Origin: Nemertoderma westbladi
Lineage: Eukaryota > Animalia > Xenacoelomorpha
Direction of reading: 5' to 3'
Assembly (NCBI GenBank): GCA_032718475.1
Contig: JAUCBJ010007084.1
Span: forward strand, 1-64,000
DNA length: 64,000 nt
In this document: positions 37,781 to 50,000 of the stretch, piece by piece
How the letters are laid out: every line of letters begins with the position of its first letter
Position numbering within the stretch: the first letter of the stretch is position 1
The notes under the pieces: generated by a model
What the model was told of the DNA's origin: nothing
Seen by the model: only the letters and a program-made list of their open reading frames with translations
Database searches by the model: none
Position numbers and translations under genes: made by a program

Positions 37781-40700
37781 ATTTTGCTGTAAGTAACGGT
37801 CCGTTGGGGTATGGAAATCCGCATGTAGCAACTTGTGATGTAATCTGCCGCATTCCATGCATCCGTCCTTGCTGTTCGGGCACTGCCGCCGTACATGTCC
37901 TGGCGCAAGACAAGCCCAACAGGTGTCCAACGTCCGCACCTGAACTCTTCTCTGTTCCGAATTTAATTCTTTGAACCGTCTGCAACTATCTAACTTATGG
38001 TCGTCAGATCTTACCTCCTTTAGTAAGCAGAATTGGCAACCTACAAATCCATCCGGCAACTCCTGTTGCTTTAACCTAGGTCTATCTAACCGCTCACCTG
38101 ACCATACTCGCGAGTCTGATCTAAAGGCTGGGGTACTCGAATTATATCTGTCTACTAAATTAAATGTCACAGTGGTCCTGTCATCGTCAAAACTTACCAT
38201 AGACTTACCGGTAACAGGTTTAGACTCCCTCATATTCTCCTCTGAGAAGTTTGATTTCATCTCTGCTACTGCGTCTGTGGCTATCATGTCATGAATGTGT
38301 TGAAGTGTCAATACTTTACCTTGGCCCTCCAACTTGTTCTCTAATTTGCGCCATTTCTGTCTGTAACGCATGTTTAAACATCTTATTACGCTTTTTAAAA
38401 CTTTGGCGTGATCTCCATGATGAGGTAGATTCACCGTCCTCAAGATGTCTAATGCGTTCGAAATAGCGTTCGCTAAGTTCAACAGCTCTAACGGAGTTGT
38501 AATCCTTCCGCCCTTACCCAAGTCTTCCACTATCGACTGCGCCATCTTGGTTTTATTCCCATAGATGTCGCTAAGCGTCTTCATTGCTAACTCAAATGCT
38601 CTTTCATTGCCGACGAAGTTGTCAGCAATGACTCTAGGTTCTCGATGGAGCATCTGAAGCAAATAGTTGAACTTCTCGTTGGGAGTAAAGGTGCTGTTGG
38701 TCAGCTGTTCGTCGACATAGGTTTTGAATGTCCTCCAGTGTTTGTGGTTGCCCATAAACTTCTGGGGTTGTTGCGTCGGCAGTCCTTGCCTAGCAGCAAA
38801 CTTACCTATGTCCCTAAGGGTTGCGTCGTTCCGGGTTAACAAATGGTTTAGTTCCGCAGGGTTATTAAGTCTGGTCCTTTCCCGGTGGTTCCAACTTACC
38901 TGCTCCGCGTCGGTCCTTCTTTCCTTATAGTTTCGGGACTTCTGACGTCTCATGTCTTCCTCTTCATCGCTTGACTCGGTGTCAGTCCTTAGTGAGACCT
39001 TGGCAGGTTTGCGTGCTGAGGCCCTGACCCAAGCGTCCTGTATAAACTTTTCCGCCGAATTTTCGAAATTGGGATTATGGATAGTCAGGACAGGCGTCCT
39101 TACCTGAGGTCTATGTATAGTTGCCTCTGATATACGTACTCGTTGATTAGGTTGGACTTTATCTAAGTCAGGCCTGCTAGGATTTGAATTACTCCTTACC
39201 TGGGCTGCTTCCTTTAACCGTAGGTTACTAAGCATGTCCATTATAGGTTGGATGAGCGGCGATATAGCTTGCGCTAAACTGGCACTTAACTCATCCCTCG
39301 TAATAAATTCCTGGCTAGGGTTCTGTTGTATAGTCGGCTCTATCTGAGTAATCCGCTGTCTCTCATATGATCCCTCTTCCGGTTTAACCCGGAAGTTCTC
39401 CGTCGAACTGGGTCGGCGCTCCGTTCGCGTATTCCAAACCCGCGGGTTCGGTTTGCCTAATACTCGTCCTGTCGGAGTTTCTCTAAACTCTTCATCGTCT
39501 CATTTGGTATGAAGTGGTGCGGTGTTCCGATGACGTGGATTCTGCGCGATGGGTGAAGCACTAATACCAACTGGCGTGCGATATGTAGAGAACGGTTTAG
39601 CGATCCGAGTACTCGTAATAGCTGGACCAGGTATAGGAATTCTGGTCGTCGTCGACTCGCGTATAGTCTGAGTTCTCGCTTCCTGTTCGGCCTTCTGCAG
39701 TGCGAACAGTTCTCGCAACTCAGTACCTACACTCGCCCCACATTCTTCGATCATTCGCATCCCCTTCTCGGCGATTTCATTCGCCTTCCTGGTCCGTTCT
39801 TCGCTCTCTAAATTTGATCTCGCACTTTCTAACTGCGCCAGTTTACGTTCTTCTTCTTCCCTCGCTCGTCTCGCTACGCTCTCTTCTTCCAGTTGTGCCT
39901 TTTCTTCATACAACATCTGTCGCTCTTTCTCAATCTCGAGTTCGCGTTCCTTGCGTTCACGTTCAAGTTCGAGTTCGCGTTCTTTCTGTTCGCGTTCGAG
40001 TCTGAGTTCGCGTTTCTTTGCTTCCTGTTCACGTTCGAGTTGGAGTTCGCGTTTCTTCGCTTCCCGTTCGCGTTCAAGTTGGAGTTCTCGTTCTTTCTGT
40101 TCGCGTTCAAGTTGGAGTTCGCGTTCTTTTCGTTCGCGTTCCGCTTGCTCACGCTTACCTTTGTCTTCCAACTCCCGCAACTTTGCGTCTAACTTACGTG
40201 CGCGCTCCCATTCCCTTTCAGCTTCCTTCCGTGCTTCCGATGCATGCAAAACTTCCGCCTGTTGTTCGTCCAGTCGGCGTCTTCTCTCCTCCGCTGAGTT
40301 GTGAGAAACAAGGGATCTAGCACATATAACTTTCCCTCGCGTGTGACTAACCTGGGAATCGCCACTGTCTCTGGATGCGTCGTCGGGTGGAGTTAACGTA
40401 CTTTGTTGGATGTTCTCCGTTGTCGGTAGCACCTGGCCCGGTACCACCACTCCACTCTGCATCAGCCAGCTAGTAACTTCCCTCTGATAACGGCGCTCCT
40501 CCTTGTCTTGGATCTCTTCCTGCTCCACTAAGTTTCTCAACTCTGCGTCACTCACCTGAGTCGCCTGCGCTTGTGATGCCCATAGCAGCCAGTTCTCCGT
40601 CCTAACTTGTCGGAATCGCTCCGATAACGCGCGGTGCTCCAACAGGGCTGCTAAAACCCTGTCGTAAATCCTCGTCGCCACGTCGCTCGACTGAGACTCC

Positions 40701-41302
40701 ACTGCTCTCTTTGCTAGGACTGCAAGCTCCTCCGTCTGCTTAAATAACGCTGAGTTGTATCCCTTTCTAATCTCTACTAACCCTGCCCGTCCGATGTTCG
40801 CTGAGTCGGCTAGCATCTTCCTTACCTTGTCCGTCGTCCGAGTTATATGTCCGGCATGCGCGCGAAGTTTCTTCTTTATCGCGATGTCGAACTCTCTGTC
40901 ACTTACCTGACTTACACTTGGTGGACTTGAAGGATTATTCCGGGAACTACGGGTACTCCTTATAGCCGCTGGGACCACGGCACTTACCATACCCACAGGT
41001 CTGGAAACCGGGCTCCGGGCTCTCGCTTCTGCTACACTAACCTCCCTATCACTCACCTCTGGTCGGGCTGCTGTACAATCCTTCCTTACAGTAGTGGTAG
41101 GGGATCCTAATACTATTACTTGAGGTTGTTGTTCTTCCTCACTAGTTACTGTCTCGTCCTCCTGTTCACTTACGTCAGAGTCGCTCGCTGCGTCGTCATA
41201 GTCGGCATTGTCGTCAACAGTAATATTTACGCTATCGTCAGTCGGCGGTCCAGCCGCCATCTCATAGCTGTCCTCTAGTGCCTCCTTGTCTGAGACACTC
41301 AT
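37673..41302 (-). pseudogene. gag: Element A gag (one premature in-frame stop at 39500)
   Basis: ORFs 39500-41302 and 37673-39241 are in the same frame; coiled-coil 33-bp repeats; capsid-like FMGNHKHWRTF..EKFNYL; BEL triple knuckle CQFC..H..C, CWAC..GH..C, CMECGRLHHKLLH. Confidence 0.9.
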
Positions 41303-42227
41303 AGTCTAAATAATGTTTTGCCTTCCGGCAAAAATATCTCACAAAATTTCGAGATATAATTATAATTTAACCGAAATACGGTCAAATTATTTGACAAATA
41401 ATCAGTTGGTCCAAAATGTCAAAATAAATTCGCAATGCAATATTGTGAATTTAATAGGATATAGTTATAGCAAATACTAGCACAATATTTAAACAAAAAT
41501 ATTATTATATAGCTATTATATAGCATTTTAATACCGGTATAGCACAAAATAACTTTGAATCTAATACAAAATATTCAAAATAAACTTGCCACCCGAATAT
41601 TTCTAATTTTACATATATAGCTCTAATTAACACAATTTTAATTTCAAATATTATATGTATCCACTAGCGCGTGGCTACATCTTCGGGTTGCGACTCTCTC
41701 AAACTCTCTCTCTAACTTGAGCGATTCAAAAAACCATGGCCGGCTAAACCTAACTAACCTAACTAATAAATTGAGTTCAGCTTCGCAGTTAAACAATCGG
41801 TAATTTTTTACTGCTTCCACAAACACAATAGTGCCAACAGAACAACTAACCTTGTTTGCTGTGAGATTCCACGTCCGCGTCCAAAGATTCAGGCTCTTCG
41901 CTGATTGCAAACCGAACCCGCAGACCCACACGAACCCTAAACTCAGAAGTCCCGTCTTGCCATGTATCTCCAGATGGTATAAAATAACTAAGCGGTTACC
42001 TAACATACCGGTACAAAACTCTAGAATTTTACAAATAATTTTGACCAAAACTAAATTCTCGCAAACCTAACTAAAATTTTCAAAAAACTAATTAATTACA
42101 GCTTGCCCTTAGGCCTAAGGAACTGCTGTATTCGCAATTAGTAAAAACGCACTACCGTACATCCATTGTACGCAGTACAGTAAGTAGAACAGTACACCAA
42201 CCTAACAGCCTAAAGAATACTGTATGT

Positions 42228-42614
42228 TGAAGTGACCGAGGTTCCAGTTGGGTAACGTAGTTTAATCAAGAAAAGCAATATTAACGAACAACTAAATAAT
42301 CCCATGGTACGTTTCGATATATTACAAAATAATCATCATCAGCCAAATAAAATAAAACAACATACAGACAGAAACTCAAAATTCAGCAATTATAACTATT
42401 TACTAAATACGCCTAAATGTGTACAACAGTTTATAAATTTTCAATTGAGTGACATGACAGGCTAGATTAAAGGTACAGTAGAATACAATGTTATGTAGTA
42501 TGTTGTGCAGTATGTTGTTTTATTTTATTTGGCTGATGATGATTATTTTGTAATATATCGAAACGTACCATGGGATTATTTAGTTGTTCGTTAATATTGC
42601 TTTTCTTGATTAAA
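42228..42614. mobile_element. Penelope-like insertion with a 105-bp inverted repeat and minimal hammerheads
   Basis: Arms 42261-42365 and 42510-42614; flanking direct repeat aatactgtatgt at 42216-42227 and 42614-42625. Confidence 0.65.
42530..42570 (+). ncRNA. Minimal type I hammerhead ribozyme (inverted copy at 42305-42345, minus)
   Basis: tgg-CTGATGA-tgat..atc-GAAAC-GTA-cca: full core, palindromic ACGT stem III, GUA cleavage triplet. Confidence 0.75.
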
Positions 42615-42801
42615 ATACTGTATGTGGTACAGCAAAACAAATGTCCCTTCTACTATACGCAGTAACAGCAATCAGCCTAATGTACTACTGTACTATTGTA
42701 CGCGACCAGTGAATACCGTAATCTAAACTTAACAGCCTAAGAATACTCTCAATGTCCTACTGTACGCGGTAGGCCTACAGCAGACAAAATATACGCATTA
42801 C

Positions 42802-44942
42802 TGTTAAACAAGGCGCGATCCCTATACTAACAGCAGAACTGTTGAACAGACAAATACCGGTATACTTCTCTGCCCACCTAATAAGTTCCTGCCTAACCAA
42901 TCAGACACCAAGACTGCTCTACTGTTAAATAAAGGTGATCAGGAGCGTGCTATTACTAAATGTAAGGCTGCTAAATACAAAACCACTACTTACCGTTAGA
43001 TGGCGCTAATCTGCCGTCCGCTAATATATTTTACTAAATTTACACGGCTCCTGCAAATTGCTTGTTCCTTTCTCTGCCGATTGCTCAACAGAGAGCTAAC
43101 TGTTCGAATCTATGAGCCACGCGGGAATAACCAAAACAACAAACCCAAATCGGCTCCCTAAGCTGACTTAAGACGAGTGCGAGGGGCTTTGCACTCAGAG
43201 TGTATTCTTACGCCTAATTTTACTTACTGTTATACGATAGTACCTAAGCTCTTTCTAATCGCGAATACTGGGGGCTCCCTAACAGAATGTGTGAATGCGA
43301 GAATATTTAAAAATAATCAAATCTGGTACAGTATGCTGTCTCTACGTGCGCGTAAAACCACTCCGGGTCTAAAATTGCCTGCAGCTGGCTTTAGGCCAGC
43401 AAATTACTAGTGTACAGTGTCTTTTAATACTGAATAATGCGATCTAGCTTATTGCCCGCTAATGCAAATAACCGCTCAGCGTGAATAGTTTACGGTACGC
43501 TAATTATTACCTTAGCTACTCTCCGCTATGCTGCGTACTAATTCTTAATTTTAATAACTAATTACAGTCACAAATGTGTAACGGCGTACTAATTACTAAG
43601 TATTCCAGAATGCGCAATTCTAATTTATTACGCAATGAATCACATTAGCAACAGCCTAATATACCGTATTACTTTGACTTAATCAATAATTAATTATAGT
43701 AATCTAAGAAATAGAAATCAATCAAAGAGAAAGGGGGGCTATCTAAGTGTTCGTAATCTTAGGCACACTTCAGTAACACACCAATCAGCGTCAGCAATCA
43801 TAGCTCGCAATTATTCGCAAGGTGTCCACAATCGTGCAATTCACTTTCTACACTGATCATCAACACTAACATCTTTCACTGTCACTGTAATGCGTACAGG
43901 CCCCTCCCGGGTACGTATAGGCTTCCTAACTAACCCAATTCCTGCCCCCTAATACTAAAATAGAGACAAAACCTGGATTATCAGCCCCCTAGTTACCGTA
44001 CCAGCGAGCAGTCTACGCACCACAATGCCAGTTGCCCGACCGCAACGATGACCCCCGCCAGCGTTGCTCGCCTTTGAATCCTCCACTCCCTTCGTCGCTA
44101 ACCCCCCGATGTGCCCACCGCCTACCGGTACCTTAGCCCTTCATCCTTATTAATAGCTACCGTAGCGGCACATGCAAATCACATATGTCTGACAGTCTCA
44201 GAAATCCCGTAGGATTATTGTGTCGAAAGGAATTACATAGAACCATTAACTAAAGGGTAGAAATCACAGTTCCATGATGTAATTAGCAGTAATCTTTGAG
44301 ATTGATTGAGAAACACAACAAGAATCAAACAGAAATTATAAATTTGCAAATCATTTCAAGAAAATCAAAAAAGGGCAGTAATTTACGCAGAAAATATACG
44401 GAAAACTAAGCACAGATTGGGGGATGGTGTGGGGAGAATAATACAGACATACCGGCACAGCGCCAATTTATAGGTGATTTCAGAAGGATGATGTAATCGG
44501 TCCCCTATTGGCTCTCCAATCCGCCCTTACCATCAGACCAACCTAAGAGCAGTTAGGCCAATAAGGAAGCCGGATTGTGAACCTCAGGGCATCCAAATCG
44601 CAAATTATTACCATATATGGTAATGGATCATGCTCCTGGCTACTGAATGGTTAGGACTGCGTTCTTATGCTAGCCATGTCGAGGCTAATAACAGCAAGCC
44701 CGTATCCAGGGTCCAACAAGAACTTGCTACCCTGGGACTATCTACCTATATCCTAATACAAAATTACATAGATAGGGCTACATACTATACAAAATGGATG
44801 AATTCAAATATATGGGCGTTTTAACTTCCTTATCTAAATGTCACCGCACTATGCCTTATCTAAATAATTATACTGCACAATAACAAACATATTATACTGT
44901 ATCATGGCTAATAATGTGGATACAGCGCCATATACCGTAACA
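42802..44942 (-). repeat. 5' LTR of element A (about 2.14 kb)
   Basis: Direct repeat of 24886-26749; TG..CA termini. Confidence 0.96.
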
Positions 44943-46364
44943 GCCCTCATTATCATAAAACATGTAGCCATTCTCTTGAAATGATCTGAACGTTCTGTTC
45001 CATTCGTCCATCAATTCTTCCGAAGGTTGCCAAATCTTCTCTATATCCCTCTCGTCCTCGAAACGAATGACTTTACCTTGCCAGTTCGTAGCGATGTCTG
45101 TATCCGACTCGAAGGTTCCTGTTCCAATCCATAAACGAATCGTTCTGGTTAAATATCCTTTCAGGTTACTCGGAGCTATATCAGCACCAGCTCTATCCAA
45201 TTCCCTAAAGTCTTGAATGTGAGGCGGAACATTATGCACGACCTTCTGCGTAATATGTCTACGTAAATCATATATCTTAACCATATCGCTTAGAACAACT
45301 GCAGGAAGAAACTCCGGGTTTGAAATGATTTCCGGATGATCCACGATAGGTATTTCATACGTCGTATCCTCTCGGACTGGTATACTAATAGGGTAATTGA
45401 GTGTCGTACTCAATGGTTTCGTGGTCAAAGTACTATGCGGTTGCATTTCTCTTGTCCTTTCCGGGGATGCAATCTGTAGTCTCTGAATAACGTTTTGAGC
45501 AAAGTTTATACTTTCGAAGATTTCCGGTGTCATCTCCTTAGCTGAAGTTTGATCGTGTGACATCCAATGGTAAGGTAGGCTTGTGAGTCTTCCGCCCCAT
45601 TCTTCCATCTCACCTTTCTCGAAAGCCTTATAGGCTCTGTATAGGCTAAGAGCTTCTTTCTTTTTGCGGGTTGACTGAGTCACCTCTTCCAGCGTAAGTT
45701 CAAATGCATCGGGTTCAACAATCTTTGGTGGGCAAACGACAATTTCTCCCGCCTTTGGTCCACTCATAGCAAATGAATGATACGGATTCAATAAAGGATA
45801 CCCTCCTTCCTGGTAGCGTAGTTGTTGATGGTTCGAACACCTCGCCAATATCGGTTCGGGATTTTCCTTATTCAAACGCATCGGAATCGCCTTTTGTTGT
45901 TCGCGCATACAAGCACCACATTTATAATAAAGTTTGTAAACTGAAAAGGCTTCCTTCGTTTCTCTATCGTCTCCTCGAGTTTGTCTGTAAAGATGCATTC
46001 CATCGAATTCATCGCGTACCGCAGGCATAGGTTCATCTGCTTTCAGGTATTGCATGATATGATACAAGCGACTTATTTCGGTATCGGGGTCTTCACTAAT
46101 ATCTCCCGTATCACATAAGGCATCATACGGATAAAGTTCATTGAAGGTTTTACGTAAACTTTCGATTCTTTCATTTAGCGCGTTCTGCCTTCTCTTTAAT
46201 ACATTTGAGTCATATTTAGTCTTTGCGAGTTTCGCTGTACTTTCTGATAAATCCTTTATTCCGAATATAGTGTAATCCTTTGCACCGAATCTTTCAAATG
46301 GCGCTGCTGCTTCCTCTTGGATATCGTATCCCCATCTCGGCTCTCCATGTATCCCCTTCGCCAT
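44943..46364 (-). pseudogene. N-terminal part of element B ORF3, cut at FYDNEG by element A
   Basis: Aligns to A ORF3 (EPMPAVRDEFDGMHLYR, YKCGAC..CSNH..EGGYP, LYRAYK, FYDNEG); the frame resumes beyond the TSD at 24885. Confidence 0.92.
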
Positions 46365-47026
46365 TATTGGAAGTATAGTTACATAATCATTGCTACTAGA
46401 GGGAATACAACAGAGTTTATTGTTAGTTGTGAGGAGATTTGAGTGTTTTTTGTCTGCCCTTTTGGCTCGACAACGCTCTAACCTCCTACCCATAGCCTAA
46501 GATCTAAGGTTTCTTTAATGACACACTGCTTTCTTATCTAAATTTTTGCCGAAATAAAAACGATTTTTGGGCTAAACTGGCTGTGAGTCTAAAATACTCA
46601 CCTTTTGGTCCCAAACTATTATCAGAAAATAAGCAGTCAAGAATTAGTAATAAATATAGGGAAGTCTATTTTTGACGTAACTTATTGAAACAAGACCGTG
46701 TAAAATTTAATTAAATTTAAGAAAGGCTCGCGAGTCTTCCGTTCTCTTGTCTTTCTAATTTTAAGTTCCACCCGACTGTACCCTGAAATCTATTCACTGG
46801 AGAAAATTTAAAAAATTTTCAAATCCAAAATGGATTGTCTAAAATTTTGAAAATGTCTCAATATTGTGAGTTTCAAGTAGAATTCCATTTCTTTTACCTA
46901 CAAATCCCGCTCCTATGTGACACATAAGGGTACTACCCTCAATGTTCACATATAAAGACAATGGAATTCTACCGCTGTCTTTACTACAGTGTACAGGTAC
47001 GTGGAAATCTATTTGTAAACTCCTTA

Positions 47027-50000
47027 TTATTTACTAACATTAGTTGGAGATTTGTAGTCTCCAGACTCGTTCCGAGTCTCTTCTAGAAGTACGAGATGTT
47101 GAGTCGGTCTATCTACTGTACGACCGTCAATTGTCCGTACCGTCACAGTTCTTGTCACTCCATCCATAGATCGATGTGTGGCTAAAATTACACCTGTTAT
47201 CCAGAAGCGTCTTTTTAGATTCACTTCTGCTAACAGCACATAATCTCCCGGCTTTAATGCACGGGTATTATTGTACCAGTTTGTTCTGGCAGAAATAGAT
47301 TGCAAATAATGGTTTTGCCATATTTTCCAGAATTTGTTAGCCAGTAGTTGCGTGATTTTCCACGCTTTTCTACCCTAGCTATCGCCTTCTATTGGAATAG
47401 AAATAGGCATCAATGTTGTCGGTGCCTGCATTAGCAGGTGTGCCGGTGTTAAAGCAAATTGGGATTGTTTGTCATCGGGTACTAATACTATTGGTCTAGT
47501 ATTTAGTATTGCCTCGATTTCAACAAACAATGTGGTCAGTTGGTCGTCTGTCAAGATGTGGTGTACTGGAATGACCTTTGTCATGGCTGTTTTGATAGAT
47601 CTTATCAGTCTCTCCCAGACTCTGCCTCTCCATGGACTATCTGGAGGATTAAACTTCCAAACAATCTTGTAAGGACGTAGTTCGTTTGAGATTTGATCAT
47701 GATCTAATTTCTTAAAGGCTCTAGCAATTTCATTTCGAGCACCAACAAAGTTTGTACCTTGGTCTGAGTACAAGCATTTTACTAATCCGCGTCTAGTGAT
47801 AAATTGCCGTAATGCTAGTATAAAAGCATTGGTGGAAAGATCCATCACACGTTCAATGTGAACTGCCCTACTGGACATGTATGTGAAAATCAGTCCCCAG
47901 CGTTTTACTAGTATACGTCCACGTTTCGTATGTATGGGACCAAAGCAGTCAATTCCAGTCTCTGTGAAAGGTGGTCTGAATGCTTGTAGTCGTGCTTGTG
48001 AAAGTTCACTCATTTCTTGGGTACCTATTCTAGAATGTACCTTTTTACAAATAATACACGTACGCGTCACTGAACTTAACGCTTTACTGGGTCTAATTAA
48101 TACGAATCTTGTACGTAAGTAGGAAAGACAGTGGTGTCTTCCAGCGTGTTTCAGATGTAAATGTGCGTCCAGTATCATTGCACGTTGTAATTCGTGATGT
48201 TGCGGTATTAATATTGGGTACCTAAAATCAGTATTAAGGTCAATGTTTTGAAGCCGAGATTTATGACAAATTAAGCCATTATAAATTATCGGACTCTAAC
48301 TCAATATTGGTGACGACTTGATTGGTTGACCTTGACTCATAGATGTGAATTCGCGTGCGAAATATCGTAATTGGTAATGGCGAATTAATTTAATTTCACA
48401 TCTATCTATCTCAGTCAATGTAAGTCGACGTGTAAAGTCGCGCTTGCCTTTAACGTATTGTACAAAACGTACAATCCACGCTAATTTTCGGCACGCGTTT
48501 GTCCAAGAATCTGTCAGGTTTACAATGCGGTCGACGTAAGTGTTTATGACGTCATCAGGTAAGTCAATGGAGAATTTGGAAGGTTTTGTTTTACTAGATG
48601 GGCCCATGGGTCCGCCGGTAGGTATTCCCTTGTTGACTGTTGATCCGTCCGGGTCTACAAGTAATTTGTCCTTCTTTGTCTTCTTACCTTGATTGTCTGT
48701 ACTTTCTGAGTCGATCCTTAATGGTGGTTTTAACTCTATGGGATCACTGGGTTTCGGTAAACTTATTTTTCTGCCGATATTTATCCCAGGTATCACCGTA
48801 GGTTGTAAGTTGGGTATGTCTCTTGAGCGCAAAGTAACACCTGTATTTACATTTGTATAGGTACTACCTACATCTGTAATACATGAGGTTTCACTGTACT
48901 TATGGTTACTCAAGAGTGTCAAATTTGGTAGTTTGTCAATACAAGGCCGCTCCAATAGGGAAACTGCGGCTTTACTGTTAGTCAATACATTACTAATGTC
49001 TGGTAGAACATTTTGTGGTATGTATTGTAAAATGTTTTGCGGAACATCCGGCAAAACGTCTAGTGACATGTCTGGCAAAATGTCTGGTTGACCGTCTGGC
49101 GATATGTCTGGTTGAGAAAGGCTCGCAAGTCTTCCGTTCTTAACTTTGGAAGTTATATCTTTCCATTTTGCCTTCGGTTTTCTCTTGAGTTTCGCCGTCG
49201 TCTTTTTCTTTGCTTTCCCTTTCTTTGGTTTTTTAATTTCGGCGTCCTTAGGGATAGTGTTAGACTTGTTGTCATATAGTGGCGGCCAATGTTGTGATGT
49301 TCTTTGCAAGAATTGTGGTCCATGTTGCCAAAATTCCTTGTTCTCCGGTTTACAGAACTCCTCAGGCATCATTCCTCGCGACACAATATCAGCTGGGTTT
49401 TGTGGTCCGGGACAATGTCGCCAATCTTCCTTTATTGAACGGTCCAAAATTTCCGCACGACAGTTAGCTACAAATGTCTTAAATTCAAGAGTGTCGTTGT
49501 TTATATAGAATAAAACTAACTTTGCGTCAGTCCAATAAAATATCTGTAAACTTGATTGTAATTCCGTCTGTATAAGGTTTACGATTGTAGTTGACAGGGT
49601 TGCTGCTTGTAGCTCAGCGCATGGTGTCGTCATGTACTTAGTAGGCATGGTTTAAGCCTTAGAAGTAATGAGTGAAACCTCGAAATCGTCTGAGTCTACT
49701 TGTTTGCGCAAATACGCTGTCACTCCAAAGCCGTTGTCACTGGCATCGGAAAAACAATGTAATTCTAAGTCGTCAGGAAATGTCGTCTGTAATGGAAAGT
49801 ACACCCGGGGTATGGAATAATCTTCTAGCGAAGACAATTGCGTCTTCCAAGTTTTCCATAAGTCCACTTGTTCGGATGAGATCGGTTTGTCCCATGTAAG
49901 TCCATCTTTCCAAATACTGCGCATGTATATTCTTGCTTGCAGTATTATTGGGCTGATAAAAGGGGTCGAACAGTCGACTCAGCTTTGACAAGCAAGACCT

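Larger units (their letters stand above)
24886..44942 (-). mobile_element. BEL/Pao LTR retrotransposon A (inner, younger) with accessory ORF3
   Basis: LTRs 24886-26749 and 42802-44942 with TGTTA..TAACA ends; TSD GCCCT at 24881-24885 and 44943-44947; PPT GGAGCGG at 26750-26756. Confidence 0.96.

Noticed and set aside
37673-37985. Programmed gag-pol frameshift in element A
   Set aside because: Element B has knuckles and protease in one frame, as is usual for BEL, so this is more likely a post-insertion indel.
39700-40320. Overlapping plus-strand ORFs (RSSSSR, FEFAFF)
   Set aside because: Antisense shadows of the gag coiled-coil repeats.
42695-42710. tRNA-type PBS TGGTCGCG on the sense strand
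   Set aside because: It lies about 95 bp from the LTR end, matches no tRNA 3' end I recognise, and has no counterpart in B.
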